In this document: piece after piece, positions 24,038-36,460 of the stretch
How positions within the stretch are numbered: the stretch's first letter is position 1
How the letters are laid out: the number at the start of each line of letters is the position of its first letter
Source of the DNA: Octopus bimaculoides
Taxonomy: Eukaryota
Assembly: GCF_001194135.2 (NCBI RefSeq)
Contig: NC_068985.1
Location: 30,828,829 to 30,892,828, forward strand
Length of the DNA stretch: 64,000 nt
Direction of reading: 5' to 3'
Made by a program: the position numbers and the translations under genes
The notes under the pieces: generated by a model
What the model saw: the letters and a program-made list of their open reading frames with translations, nothing else
Told to the model about the DNA's origin: nothing
Database searches by the model: none

Positions 24038-24700
24038 AAGGTGATGGCGAAGACAGCAAGCTAGTAGAATTGTTTTCACACAGGGCAAAATGCTGAGCAG
24101 TATTTCATCTGTTTTTATGTTCTGAGTTCAAATTCTGCTAAGGTTGACATTACTTCTCATTCTTTCAGGGTCAATAAAATAAGTACCAGTTGAGCACTGG
24201 GGTCATTGTAATTGACTTACGCCCTTCCCCAAAACTGCTTGCCATGTGCCAAAATTTGAAGTCTAGAGAGCTGGCAGAATTGTTAAACATGTTGGACAAA
24301 ACACTTAGCAGTATTTTTTAGGCTTTATGTTCCAAGTTCAAATACCACTGAGGTCGACTTTGCCTTTCATCCTTTCAGGATCGATAAAATAAGTAATGGG
24401 GTTGTTGTAATCAACTGGCCCTCTTCCCAGAAGACTTCAGGCCTTGTACCTATAGTAGAGAAGAATTATTAATACTAAAGTGATGAGCTAGCAGATTCAT
24501 TAGCGCATCAGACAAAATGCTTAGCAGCAGTTTTTTTCCACTCTTTATACTCTGAGTTCAATTCCCACCAATGTCTACTTCACCTTCCATCCTTTCAAGG
24601 TTGGTGAAATAAAGTACCAGTCAAGTACTAGGGTTGATGTAATTGACTTCCCTCTCCCCTCAAAAGTTTCTGGCCTTGTGTCAAAACTAGAAAGAATTAT
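24038..24700 (+). mobile_element. Three head-to-tail SINE family B copies
   Basis: Three ~220-bp units, each agct(g/a)gcagaa...ttctgagttcaa...tttcatcctttc...agtaccag...ggccttgtg. Confidence 0.82.
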
Positions 24701-24834
24701 TTTTATGAAGAGTTCATAGCCTGGTTTAAATTATCAATTGAAACTCTTTGGGAAAGACAAAAGCTTTACTATTTCCTATTCTGCTCATCTAAAAAGTGTA
24801 ATTTTTTAAAAAATAAATTTTGCTTTATGATTAA

Positions 24835-25043
24835 CCCATTTAGCATCTAAACTGGCCATATCAGGCCAAAATGTTCAAACTGACTAGATTCAGCGTTTCA
24901 CACTTACCCTATAATGTTGTTCTGAAAGTAAACAATCACATCATTAAGATCTCAAAGCCATGAGATAGATAATGCATAATTAATTCAAAACAATGCAAAT
25001 AAATATGCATTACATTCAACAAAGTAATCTGAATGCTAAAGGG
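24835..25043 (-). mobile_element. piggyBac-like MITE with TTAA flanks
   Basis: TTAA-cccatttagcat ... atgctaaaggg-TTAA. Confidence 0.82.
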
Positions 25044-25089
25044 TTAAACTTACTTTCCATTTGAATTGCTCCAAATTAATATAGTCATA

Positions 25090-25720
25090 AGCTCAAGTCA
25101 GTATATCCTCCCAAGCTGCAGATATAGATCCTTCAACCAACTAGGAATAGCAGTCGAATCTTCCTCAAATCGCACCTTCTTACCATCTTAAAATGGGAAA
25201 TAACATATTGGATAATGTTGTCCTAAATATATATCTAAAATAAAAAGTAGAATAGTCATGACTGGAATGCCTATGATCGTGAGTCTACATGATCAGTGCT
25301 GATTAAGGATTAAGCAATCTCTCACACTTTAAACTGTTATCAAGTAGTTTTAAATAAACAAATAAAATAGATATATTTTAGTTGTTGAATAAGATATAAA
25401 GAATTCAGTGTTGAAAAATGTTTATTTTATAGTGGGATGTTTGTCTTTTATGACTATTTGTGATAACCATATGAGTAAGAGGTTAGGTATTGTAATGTTG
25501 TTCATACTTTTCTTAAGGATATTGGTTGTTGTTATCTAATCCTAAATCTGTCCTAATTGAGTAGATCAATGATCAAAGCCATGATCATCCCATCTTATAT
25601 TTGGAATATTATTTATGTAGGACTGCATCAACCAATATGTCTTTCATTTTTATGATGGGAAGGGATATTTGACTGCTGTTTCTAGCAGGTTTTCCTTGTT
25701 GGCTTACAAGAACATTAAGA
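25090..25720. repeat. Two divergently oriented copies of an unclassified dispersed repeat (family G)
   Basis: Motifs (tt)ccagccatgaccatcc and gatttggctgctatttctagcagg recur here and at about 32720, 34950, 48230, 48710 and 52890. Confidence 0.55.
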
Positions 25721-26719
25721 CCGAAGAAAAACACTCTAACTAGAAATCAAAACTAATTCAGAATTGGCTTGCTTCCCCTATCCTCTCTCTCCTTCCCCCC
25801 TCTCTCTCTCTCTGTATGTATGTATATATATATATATATATATGTAAACAATTAGCTTCAATCTTTTGTGTACTTTCCTAATAGTAATTTCTCTTTTATT
25901 AATCTGCATTCAACCACAAAGTTTCAACCTCACCCCATATGCATATTTTCTTTCTATTAAGTGATAAACAGTTGTATCTGGCTTGTGCAATCTAGTAATC
26001 ATGGAATAATTTGAACTCAATGCAGTCGTCATATTCCAGTACCTGAATTATCTCTCTACAAGAGTATTGAAATTAAGTTGCTAATTAGATGATTGTCTTT
26101 ATTGGAACTTGGTATGGAGGTAACAGCAGTACTGTCTTAAGGCATGAGTATACTATGTAGTTAGCCAGTCATCCTATGGAACTAGGAACCCAATACTAAT
26201 CTATGTATATTATGGCATACTTGTAGGTTGTATATGTAGTAGCCCTAATACTAGCTTTGCCCAGAGGTCTATAATTTTGCTAAAACAGTTCCGAGTGAAA
26301 TCATTATGGTGCCTCACAATTTTCTGTTCTAATTCTACAGGGCTCAATTTCATCTGTCATCTTTGTGTCTCTCTCACACACATACACTCTATTTAGTTAG
26401 TGGTTAACTACTAAAAATGGCCATCTAATTAATTTCTAGTTATTTGCCAATTATTCTATTTATTTTAACTCATAAGCCATTCCTTGAGCAACAGAGAGGA
26501 CTTTGTTAGGTTTTGTTACTGCTAGTATTTCTGCATTAACCACAAACAGTGGCTGTCAGTGCAGCAACAGTTATGGAAAACAAGCAGTTTAGTATTTATT
26601 AAAAATCTTATCTAGTTTTTTAACCATTTATCAAGCCTGTACTGTTTGGAGATTCTGTTATTAATATTAATTTAAATGTCTCAAATCTTCACACACATCT
26701 ACTCAACTTCCATATATAT

Positions 26720-26863
26720 ACTGGAGTAAGCGCATAAATGTGCAACAAGGTGGAAAAAAGAGTACTCAAATACCAGAGGTAGAATAATATGCTTTATTTA
26801 AAAGCAGCAGAAATATAACAAAAGACTGTTACTTGGAGTTTCACGTTCCCGTTCATCGGACAG

Positions 26864-26919
<56 letters not shown>

Positions 26920-27013
26920 CCTCACATCTTCCTCACACTTCATGTCAACTCCACACTGCTTACAAACCTTACACTTATAAACACTTATTTGTGCACCCTT
27001 GTCACACATGCAC

Positions 27014-27050
<37 letters not shown>

Positions 27051-27190
27051 ACACACACATTTCCTTACAAACCCTGTATCCATATTTATGCACATTTGCA
27101 CATGCATAGTTGTTGTTAAGTAGCCTTGCTCATGTAAACTTGAAAATAGTGTAACAGACTTCAGTAACAAGGAATTTAGCAAAATACTTA
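26720..27190 (-). mobile_element. Penelope-like pseudo-LTR carrying the hammerhead
   Basis: Hammerhead followed on the minus strand by AATAAA (26795-26800), preceded by (GT)n tracts; this arrangement is typical of PLE pLTRs. Confidence 0.5.
26825..26864 (-). ncRNA. Minimal type I hammerhead ribozyme (U4C core variant)
   Basis: ACUGU-CCGAUGA-ACG(GGAA)CGU-GAAA-CU(CCA)AG-UA-ACAGU: helix I 5 bp, helix II 3 bp with a GNRA loop, short helix III, GUA cleavage triplet. Confidence 0.72.
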
Positions 27191-28261
27191 TTTAATGGTG
27201 GATGCCATCGTAATTTCTCACATTGGCACAAGGCCACAAATTTGTAGCAAGGGTTTAAGCTTACTTTAGTAATTAACTAGCACCTTATTTTACTCACCTT
27301 CTGCCTCCTAAAGGATGAAAAACAAAGTTGACCATGGTAAAATTTGAACTTGGGATGTAAAGAGCATTTTGTCTGTTGCTCCACCAATTCTGCTAATCTG
27401 CTGTTCTGGCAATTTCTTACATGGCCAAAAATTTGTAGAGAAATTTGTATTGTTGATTTAAAAGGAGGTTGGGGTAGGAAGGGGGCAGAGGTAGGGTGGT
27501 GTGTGCATGTAAAGGAGGATATTTGGGTAAAGTGATAGGTATAGATGGATCAGCCTTGTGTGCTTGTGATTAGGTGTCAGACGTGAAACCCACTGAGCAG
27601 AAGCCAAGTTCAATATGCAGCATATTTTCAAGTTTCTCATGAGATATGCTAATAGCATTGGCTATTGATCTATAGCCAGTCTCCTGTCATCCATTACCAT
27701 ATGGTGATAATGATCAATGATTTCCTTGGTGGTGGCAGTTGCAGAACATCAAAACCTTGGATCATCTTCAAGACTCTCCTTTCCCCTACTAAATTCAATT
27801 GCCCACTTTTGTACTGTTGATAAAGCTAGAGCATCATTTCCTTATGTAGCAACTATGTCAGCATGAATGTCCTTGGAGGAGCTAAAGTCTTCTTCCATGG
27901 TGCCAAATTTTCCATTTTTAAAAGAAGTCGCTACTAGTTACTTTTGAAGTCTTCTTTGAACAGTCAGATGTCAGTTTACCTGGAAAGAAACAATACAGTT
28001 ATCAAATAAGAATAGTTGAAATTAATGCATGCAAGATTTCACAGCTCTAGCATCACTCTTTCATAGTCAGCCTATGAACTTCCCAGCCTACTCTCATAAT
28101 CAAGNNNNNNNNNNCAGCCTATGAACTTCCCAGCCTACTCTCATAATCAAGCCAGTGAATGAAAGACAAAATCAACCCCTGAAAAAGTTGAACTCAGAAC
28201 ATACAGGTATTAAATACTATATTTCATCACAGGTGATCATTTCTGCCATCTCATAATAATG

Positions 28262-28655
28262 AGTATAGTCATGGGTATTTGGTTAAGAGGTTCACTAGCA
28301 TCTACATGCTTTTGGGGTTCAGTCCCACTGTACAGCAGCTTTGGACAAGTCTCTTCTACCGTAGCCCTTGGCTGACCAATCCTTTTTTGTGAGTAGATTT
28401 GGTAGACAGTTACTATGTGGAAGTCATTTTGTGTGTGTGTGTTTACCCACCACCACCACTACAACCACAACCAGTTGACAACTTGACAGCTGGTTTACGC
28501 ACCCATAACGTAGTGGTTCTGCAAAATAGACTGGTAGAATAAGTACCAATTTAAAAAATTAAGTACTGGGATCATTTTGTTCAACTAAATGCTTTAAGGC
28601 AGTATCCTAGCTTGGCCACAGTCTAATGACTGAAACAAGGAAAAGATAAAGGATG
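28262..28655 (+). mobile_element. SINE family A, full length, decayed
   Basis: Head (ggttaag...ggttcagtcccactg), CORE-like part, (TG)n middle and tail gactgaaacaaggaaaagataaa. Confidence 0.78.
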
Positions 28656-28729
28656 ATATATAAGATGTCAGTGAGTAAAACATTTATGGTGATTGTGGAA
28701 CAAGATCACTGCCTCTAATGCCTCCTCCC

Positions 28730-28935
28730 CTCTCAAAGGATCTTTGCCTTGCAAGTTACTTGGTGACCCTGTCAGTGCTGGTGCTATGTAAAAAGCATCC
28801 AGTAAAGTGGTTGGCATTTGGAAGAGCATCCAGCTAGAAATACCATGCCAAAACTGACCTCACCTGTGCTGGTGGCACATAAAAAGCACTCTGCCCACTC
28901 TGCAGGTAGGTTGGTACAGTCTTCTGATGATGATG
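28730..28935 (+). mobile_element. RTE 3' module (old subfamily)
   Basis: Shares ttacttggtgacc...gtaaaaag...gcatccagc with 10350-10480. Confidence 0.65.
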
Positions 28936-30039
28936 TAGGGAAAGAGATTATTTTTCAACTACAACTAAATATTTTTTCATGGCTCAGCATGCAAGATGCG
29001 CATTTGATCTTGTGGATGTTGTGGTGCAGGGGTGGAGTGGAGGATAAAATAAATCTCTCATGTACTGCCAAATATGATGTAACCCAAATTAAAATAAGGT
29101 CATTGGAGAAAAAGTAGATCATCAAATTAATAATATAGGCAAAATAGGTCACAAATGTTATAAGGTAAGTGAAGTAGGTTGGTGATGTTGTGAAATCTGT
29201 TAACAAATGCCTGTTTTAAAATTTTCATGACGAAGGTAAAATCTCACCCACATTCATATTTGAAACTGCTCACAATGTGTTGAAAAACCCATACAGAGGG
29301 CTGTGATGGAAAATGTAGTTTAAACCTTAAAATGAACCGACACACTCACACGTACACATATATATTTATATAAGTTGCATAGCTATGAATTTGTTAAATT
29401 AATAAGTCATATTTCTTCTCAGCACAGATGCTTCTCCATAGATTCTTATGTACCTTCAAAAAGATTCTCTGATACTGCTTTATAAGGAGAAGCTAACATG
29501 TAATATTCTAAGACTTGACATTTTGTAAGTTGTTCTACATTCTTACATATATACTGTTACTATGAATTTAAAAAAAAAATAGATTTAATAAGAAAATATT
29601 TGGTTCTGAGATGACTTACCACTGGAAACACTCAGCCTTCTAGAAACAGCAGCCATCAGATATATGTGTGTGTGTGTGTGTGTGTGATGGACTCTCCTGT
29701 CAAAAACGACGTATGAGCATTACACACACACACACACACACACAAAGATTGCTTGGTCACTTTTGATTATAAGGGTCTGTTTAATTAGGGTTGACCTGGG
29801 CTAAATGACAATAGAACCTTGAATTGACTTTTTAGCTTTTACTCGAATGCTTGAAATTGGTTTACTATTAACATTTCCGATGGCATCAATAAGTTTTGTG
29901 TCTTCTTTTTTCAAGTTATTTTCATTTTGTGGAGTGATTCCTTTGAGATATAATTAGGATGTTAAACTGTTGTAACACCCAAATGAATATACGCTCTAGT
30001 TCAGCTAGCTTTTTATACTTATATGTCCCATTACACTTT

Positions 30040-30285
30040 ACTCATTATAGATGAAAGATGGAAGGGATACTGGGAGCTGACCACGGATTTGGGAAGTCTA
30101 GTAATTTTTCCACTTATAAAAACAACAAAAAGACTAGAATTAGTCATGTGGAACACAGAACGGAGAATAGGAATCTTGCTAGAACTGACAGTACCATGGG
30201 AAGAAAACATCGACAATGCAGAGAAACGAAAGGAGAAGAGATACGGGAAACTAATTGAAGAGTGCAGAGAACAGGGATGGACTGT
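30040..30285 (+). mobile_element. HERO-type RLE non-LTR retrotransposon endonuclease fragment
   Basis: WELTTDL...IFP...TTKR(PD>LE)LVMW...ILLELTVPWEENIDNAEKRKEKRYGKLIEECREQGW, running into an N gap. Confidence 0.78.
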
Positions 30286-30591
30286 NNNNNNNNNNNNNNN
30301 NNNNNNNNNNNNNNNNNNNNNNNNNNNNNNNNNNNNNNNNNNNNNNNNNNNNNNNNNNNNNNNNNNNNNNNNNNNNNNNNNNNNNNNNNNNNNNNNNNNN
30401 NNNNNNNNNNNNNNNNNNNNNNNNNNNNNNNNNNNNNNNNNNNNNNNNNNNNNNNNNNNNNNNNNNNNNNNNNNNNNNNNNNNNNNNNNNNNNNNNNNNN
30501 NNNNNNNNNNNNNNNNNNNNNNATGTGACAACTTGCTGGTGCTGCCTACTGGACTCTAGCAGCGGGAAATTTAGACAATGTCATGTGACAA

Positions 30592-30667
30592 CTTGCTGGA
30601 GCAGCTTGCTGGAGCAGCTTGCTGGAGCAGCTTGCTGGAGCAGCTTGCTGGAGCAGCTTGCTGGAGC
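30592..30667. repeat. 13-bp minisatellite (cttgctggagcag) x about 5.8
   Basis: Perfect tandem copies. Confidence 0.95.
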
Positions 30668-31041
30668 CTAGCAGCAGGTACAAAAAGGGGAATTTGACAT
30701 GACAATCAGTCGGACGCTGACACTCATTGATGCTGCATCGAAGAGGCCAGGGAATAGAAGAAAGAAGACATGCACCCAACACCAGAGCTGAAGACACCTC
30801 CGAAAGGGGGGGGGGGCCGCCACGTCAAAACGGTAGAGAAGTAGGGGCCAAAACCGGACGTGGTTCCTCCTGATGATGTCTTGAGCTAACTGGATCCTAT
30901 AAAGGAGCTGTTGTGGTAGCAGACCACGAAACATGGTTGAAATTCCATTCCTAAGGATAAAACCTAATGCCACCAATAAAATGCTCATATAGAAACTGGT
31001 TTTTTAAAGTTTGTTCTTTTTTTATAGATCTGACTGAATTT

Positions 31042-31802
31042 GGCCAGATAGTCTGGCATTCCCAAATCATACAAGTAACATGACACATCCCAGTTTCTGA
31101 TTAGAGTTGTTGGTTGTATACAAAATCCAACCAATGGTAACTCATAATACTGCTAAGTGTCCTGGTACCAATGGAGTTCAGATGGCTCCTGGTGGCTCTG
31201 GACAGTGTCCAAGCCTCATAACTACGGAGCAGGGCAGGGAGAACCAGAGACCTTAAGACCCAAACCCTTGTCCTTCTGCAGAAATATTGGCAGTGCGAAT
31301 GTGTCTACAACTACACTAGCTCACCAGCTTGTCCAAGTCTTTTTAGGACTTCAGACTCACAGCTAATACCACTATGGATCTCACTGCCAAGATAAGTGAA
31401 GCTGTCAACAACTTTGGCATTCTCATCCACAATGGAGACAAACAAGAAGCCAATGAAGGACTGGATCTTTGTCTTGACCCAAGAGACTCTAAAGCCAAGT
31501 GATTCCACTTCCTTACTCAGTGAAAAGAGAACTCAGACTGTTTGGCCATGTTGCTCAATTTCATAAGTTAGACCCTGCTTACCATGTTCTCTTTGCTAAG
31601 GATCTGGCTGGATTGACGGCTCATGTTAGTTGACCACATGCCACATGGTGTTGGCAGATGAGGACATATCTTGCGGAGATGGGGACTGACTGAGATTCTA
31701 CTCAACAGGTCACCCAGGAAGACCCAGGAATACACCAACATGATGAATGCAGCAATGTACTGCAACAGCACACGCCCCCCCCCCCACACACACACACCTC
31801 CC
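31042..31802. mobile_element. RTE LINE with inverted 5' segment (31042 to ~31520 antisense, ~31521-31802 sense)
   Basis: Minus: LSKEVESLGFRVSWVKTKIQ..FTYLGS..EAWTL. Plus: LRLFGHVAQF..DPAY. Flanked by ctgactgaattt / ctgattgaattt. Confidence 0.8.
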
Positions 31803-31969
31803 CTGATTGAATTTCTATTCAATGTTATTTTCATCTATCTTTTTTTCCATCATCATTATAGAGCTGATATTAAGAAATGTTAGTAAAATATATTTTTTTT
31901 TTAATTCTATAATACTACAGAATAAAATAAATCCATACTCATATTTATTGAGCTTTGCATTTATTTTAA

Positions 31970-32141
31970 CTCTTTAGCATTTAAACTAGCCACCTCCAGC
32001 CCAAATATATTATGTGTTTGATGGTGAGGCCAGCAGATCATATCATCAAAATTTCAAAGATATGAGATTATGTGTGATTAATTAAAAACAATGTGAACGA
32101 AAAAGCATTACATTTGACAGAATAATCTGACTGCTAAAGAG
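31970..32141 (-). mobile_element. Internally deleted piggyBac-like MITE
   Basis: TTAA-ctctttagcat ... ctgctaaagag-TGAA. Confidence 0.65.
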
Positions 32142-33534
32142 TGAAACTACTTCCTAATAAATGGCTTCTAGTATAAAGAAACAAACAAACTGTTGCTTAT
32201 TTCTAATTGGGTTATCAAAGGATTCCAGAAGCTCTACATACAGGAGATTCTGCATATCTGAACAGTGGGTGCTGTAAAAGTTCCTGCTTTTGCTTATTCT
32301 TTTTAGCAAGATGTATGATTTATATGCACCACACTCTCCCTTTTTCACTATTCTAGTGCCAGCTAAATCTGACATTGTTTCAATAGTAATGATTGAGTAC
32401 GAATGAATTTGCATTGCCAGTTGTCAAAATTCCACAAATCTAAACTAGATTTTTAGTTCTGATTATAATAAATTCAACATTTCTGATGTCTCAATCAAAT
32501 GCATACATTTTTTTTTTACCTGTCAATTGTAAGGTTTAATGACATTTCGTTTATAGCTAGGTTGCTCTAGGGTTGGTTCAATAAAACGAGTAAAACAACT
32601 TGAGATTTATATTTGTAAGCAAATGAGTTTAAAGACATGCATACAGAAAGGTTTATTTAATGCAATGAATAAAACTTGTTTAATTAATTTTTTTTAATAT
32701 TTCGTTATTGTTTAGCCACTGGTTAGTCTGGTTCCAGCAGACCAATGATTAAAAGCATTTCAGTGATGACTATCCATTTTTCAGACATAGCATATCTAAG
32801 AATACATTATCCAATGTGTCTTTTTTATAAGACAGTAGGGCATGATTTGAGAGAGAGATTTGGTTAATATTTTTAGCAGGTCATAGAACAGAGTAAAAGT
32901 TACTTTTTTGGGGTACCAAATCTGCAGCTTTAAAGTTTCAAATTTTCCATTTGTTTCTCCAAAGAACAATATTAATGAGCATGTAGGTTACAACTGCTAT
33001 TTACCTTATCACCTTTAAAACCCATTAGCTTCATGCCAACCAAGAAATGATAATAGGAAATCATATCAGTTTATGGTCTATTCCATGTTTATTCCAAGCA
33101 GCATCATTTCTGAGATAGTTTTAGAATGTGATTTTAAAGTCAATAATGGAAGGTTTATGGCCAATTAAATATTAATACATTATTTTTTTTACTCTCTTGA
33201 AAGCTGACAATCCTTTGTTAATACTGTCAATCTATGTTGAAGGCCACATTAAATATTCTGCAATTACATCTAATTTGACTGATGAAGATAATACCAGTCT
33301 AGCCTTTTTGCTCTATTGATCCAAATGGCTAGCTGGCTTCCTAGAGTTAATAATACATGATAAATCTATAATTCACTAAATAATCTTTAGAGTAGAAGCA
33401 TTAACTGAGTAGATGGTGTCAGTCTTTCAGATTGTGCTTGTATCATTATTGCACCAGCTGCTTAGACAAGACACTTAACTCTTCTGCAGTTAAATGTATT
33501 ACAGTTTTGTGAGCAAATCAAATTATATATATAG

Positions 33535-33540
<6 letters not shown>

Positions 33541-33576
<36 letters not shown>
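33541..33576. repeat. (TA)n microsatellite
   Basis: Directly visible. Confidence 0.95.
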
Positions 33577-33579
<3 letters not shown>

Positions 33580-33835
33580 TATAAACCTGAACCTAGCGGA
33601 TGTGCCTTTGATAATTATAAGCAGTAATTTTCTATATCTAAATAGCCTACTCACTGGTGTGTATTGAAATTCTCTAAAATGTTATCCTAAGACCTTGCTT
33701 TACTTCTCTTCTATGTCTCCCAACTTTTTTTCTTTCTCAGATAGTATTTTACTGTTCATTCTATCAGCATATGTGAATTTGTCAAATTAATCTTTTTTTA
33801 TTAACCTATACTTACTTCTACCAACTTTATATGCA

Positions 33836-34210
33836 TTATCATCATCATCATTTAACGTCCATTTTCCATGTTGGCATAGGTTAGATGGTTTGACAGAAGC
33901 TGACCAGCTGAAAGTCTGTTCCGAGACCGTGTCTGTTTTGGCATGGTTTCTACAGCTGGATGCCTTTCCTAGCGCCAACTACTTTACAGACTGTACTGGA
34001 TGCTTTTATGCAGCACTGGTATGGGTGCTTTTTACGTGGCACCAGCACTTATGAGCCTGCAAGATGCTTAGCTGCAAAGGGTTGCAAGGGACAAGCCTGT
34101 ATTCAAAGGCAACCGCACTTTTACTTAGCTTGGCATGTCTTTTCAATCACAGCAAACTGCCAGGAGTCTCAGTCTCCTGTCATCCTCTCTGTAAGTCCCA
34201 ACGTTTGTAG
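33836..34210 (-). mobile_element. RTE 3'UTR fragment
   Basis: (ATC)n tttaacgtcc...ggatgcctttcct...ttttacgtggcaccagcac. Confidence 0.78.
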
Positions 34211-34281
34211 ATCCTTTCTTACCACTTTGCCCCACTCAGAACAAATTCAAACAATCATAAACAATTGCAGTGAGCACAGGC

Positions 34282-34425
34282 ATGGCTATGTGTTAAGAAG
34301 TTTGCTTCCCAACCATATGATTTCAGTCCTCCTGGGTGGTATCTTGGGTGTCTTTTGCTATAGCTTCAGATCAGCCAAAGCATTGTGAATGAATTTGGTT
34401 GATAGAAACTGAAATAAGTCTGTCA
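34282..34425 (+). mobile_element. SINE family A, head part
   Basis: gcatggctatgtgttaagaagtttgcttcccaacc...gaaactgaaa. Confidence 0.68.
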
Positions 34426-36009
34426 CACACACACACACACACACACACACATGATGACAACACAATTGACTCAAATACTGGGTAACTTCGAGTGCAATGT
34501 CTAACTTATCACTCCCTCATCATCATCATTATCTGCATTAAAACATTTCTTTACAACACAGGTAGTCAGCAGCATAGTTATTTTTAAAAGAAGTATTAAT
34601 TCTATAATGACTGACCCATGATGACATATTTTTAAGACTATCAAACTTTAAAATACAAACCTTTTTTAGTGATATGTCCTTCTCCATATTCATTAATAAT
34701 TTGTAAAACTGTAGCCTGCAATTTAATAGATCTTTTAATACACTGGTTTCTCACCTTTTTTTTTTTAGTCTGACAAACACTTTCAATTTAGTATAACTTA
34801 TACTGATTTTACATAAAAATTATGGCCTCATTCATTATTGTTAATTTAAATAAGATGAAATAAATAATGAAATATTGTTAATCTTTTGCCACCATCATTA
34901 AAATAAAAAATGAATTCATAACTGCAATTATAGAGCCAATAAGGTAACATCTAAGAGGTTGTTTACCCTCTAGAAATAACAGTCAGATATCCCTCATATT
35001 CCACTGTACCAACGTAAAAAAAGGACACATTTAGTAATGTAGCCCTAATACTCTAAAAATATGGAATGGTCACCACTAAAATGCCTTTGATCATAAGGTC
35101 TCTTTGATCAAGGTTGGACAATCTCCAGTATACCACAAATGAGGTCACAATTATATTGTTGATCTCAGCTTCACAGCCATTCTCTATCAGAGAATGAAAA
35201 AGAGATTATGCTCTTGTTGAACAAAACAGTCATTACTGCTTTCCTTTTATTGACACTAATTTAAAAATCAGTTTCAGACTAAGATAGATTTTTCTCAGGG
35301 CCATTTGGACAAAGTCCTTATTTCCATGACTTCAATACTCGTATTGATTTCTTAACACTAGGAACGTCTTTGTTATGATCGTCCTTGGTTACCTTATCTT
35401 CTAGCTGCACAGATACAATAGGAAGTCTATTATCCATTAATCAATAGCATCCCCAATCGAATTCATAAAAGCTTTGCTGCTTTTAATACTAATGAGTTAT
35501 CAGCTAAGCTTGCTATTGAGAGAGAGAGAGAGTGTGTGTTTAAAATAAAGTGTGAAAGAGAATGAAGATATATCCTGGTGTTTTTATGAGAAACTGTCAG
35601 TCTACAATGCTGGTGTTTTCAGAGTTATTATTTATTGGTGATGCAATCTATTTTTGCTCTTCATAATATTGTCACCTTGTAAAAGGAATAAGAACAACAA
35701 TAACAAAACAAAGTAGTTTTCTCATGAAAACATAGAAAATCTATTAACTGATTAGTAATAAAACTCTAATATTTTTGAAGAAAAAATTTTCTTTTCTTTA
35801 CCCTTGTCATCTGTTTGTTTTCATTTATTCTTACATTTATCTTTTTATATAGATATATGTCAATAGAAGATATTAAAATGATTATTTGAACACATCGTTT
35901 GAAATAGATCTAATTCTTTTATGGCTGTATTAAAATTTAATAGTTTAAAAAAAAAAAAAATGGTTCAATTAATTCTGAATCAAAATACCAAATATTAAAA
36001 TTTTTTTGC

Positions 36010-36240
36010 TAGGCCATGTAAAAAGCACTCATGCTGATACCATGTAAAAAGTATCTGCGCCAGCCCCACATAAAAAGCATCAAGTGTACTCTATGAAGTG
36101 GTTGGTGTTAGGAAGGGCTGTAGAAACCAAGCCAAATCAGACTGGAACCGGATCCAACTCTCCAGCTTGCCAGCTCTGATCAAACCATCCTACCCATGCC
36201 ATGATGGAAAACATGTTAAACGATGATGATGATGATGAAA
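36010..36240 (+). mobile_element. RTE 3' terminal module
   Basis: Three gtaaaaagca(c/t) modules, then gttaggaagggc...gttaaacgatgatgat. Confidence 0.75.
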
Positions 36241-36460
36241 CTAGTGTTGGGTAAATGTAATTTACCTCAAAAGGTTCTTATGACTGAAAGTTTTAATTTA
36301 AACATAAACACATTAGAACATGTGGTTTTGTGAGCAAGACATCAGAAACGATTTCAGGCAGGCTGCTATCAAAAGAGTTAAGAAAAGAATTTGCATATTT
36401 AAGCCTTACTCTCAGATTTAAAACCATGATTCAGTATTAAAATTAATGATAAAAAAAAAA

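Noticed and set aside
28068-28151. Exact 37-bp direct repeat
   Set aside because: Same artefact: identical copies on either side of a 10-N gap.
30592-30667. CRISPR-like repeat array
   Set aside because: Contiguous 13-bp units with no spacers, eukaryotic context and no cas genes.
30845-30885. Permuted (type II) hammerhead in the putative HERO 3' region
   Set aside because: GAAA reads AAAA, helix I is absent and helix II is poor.
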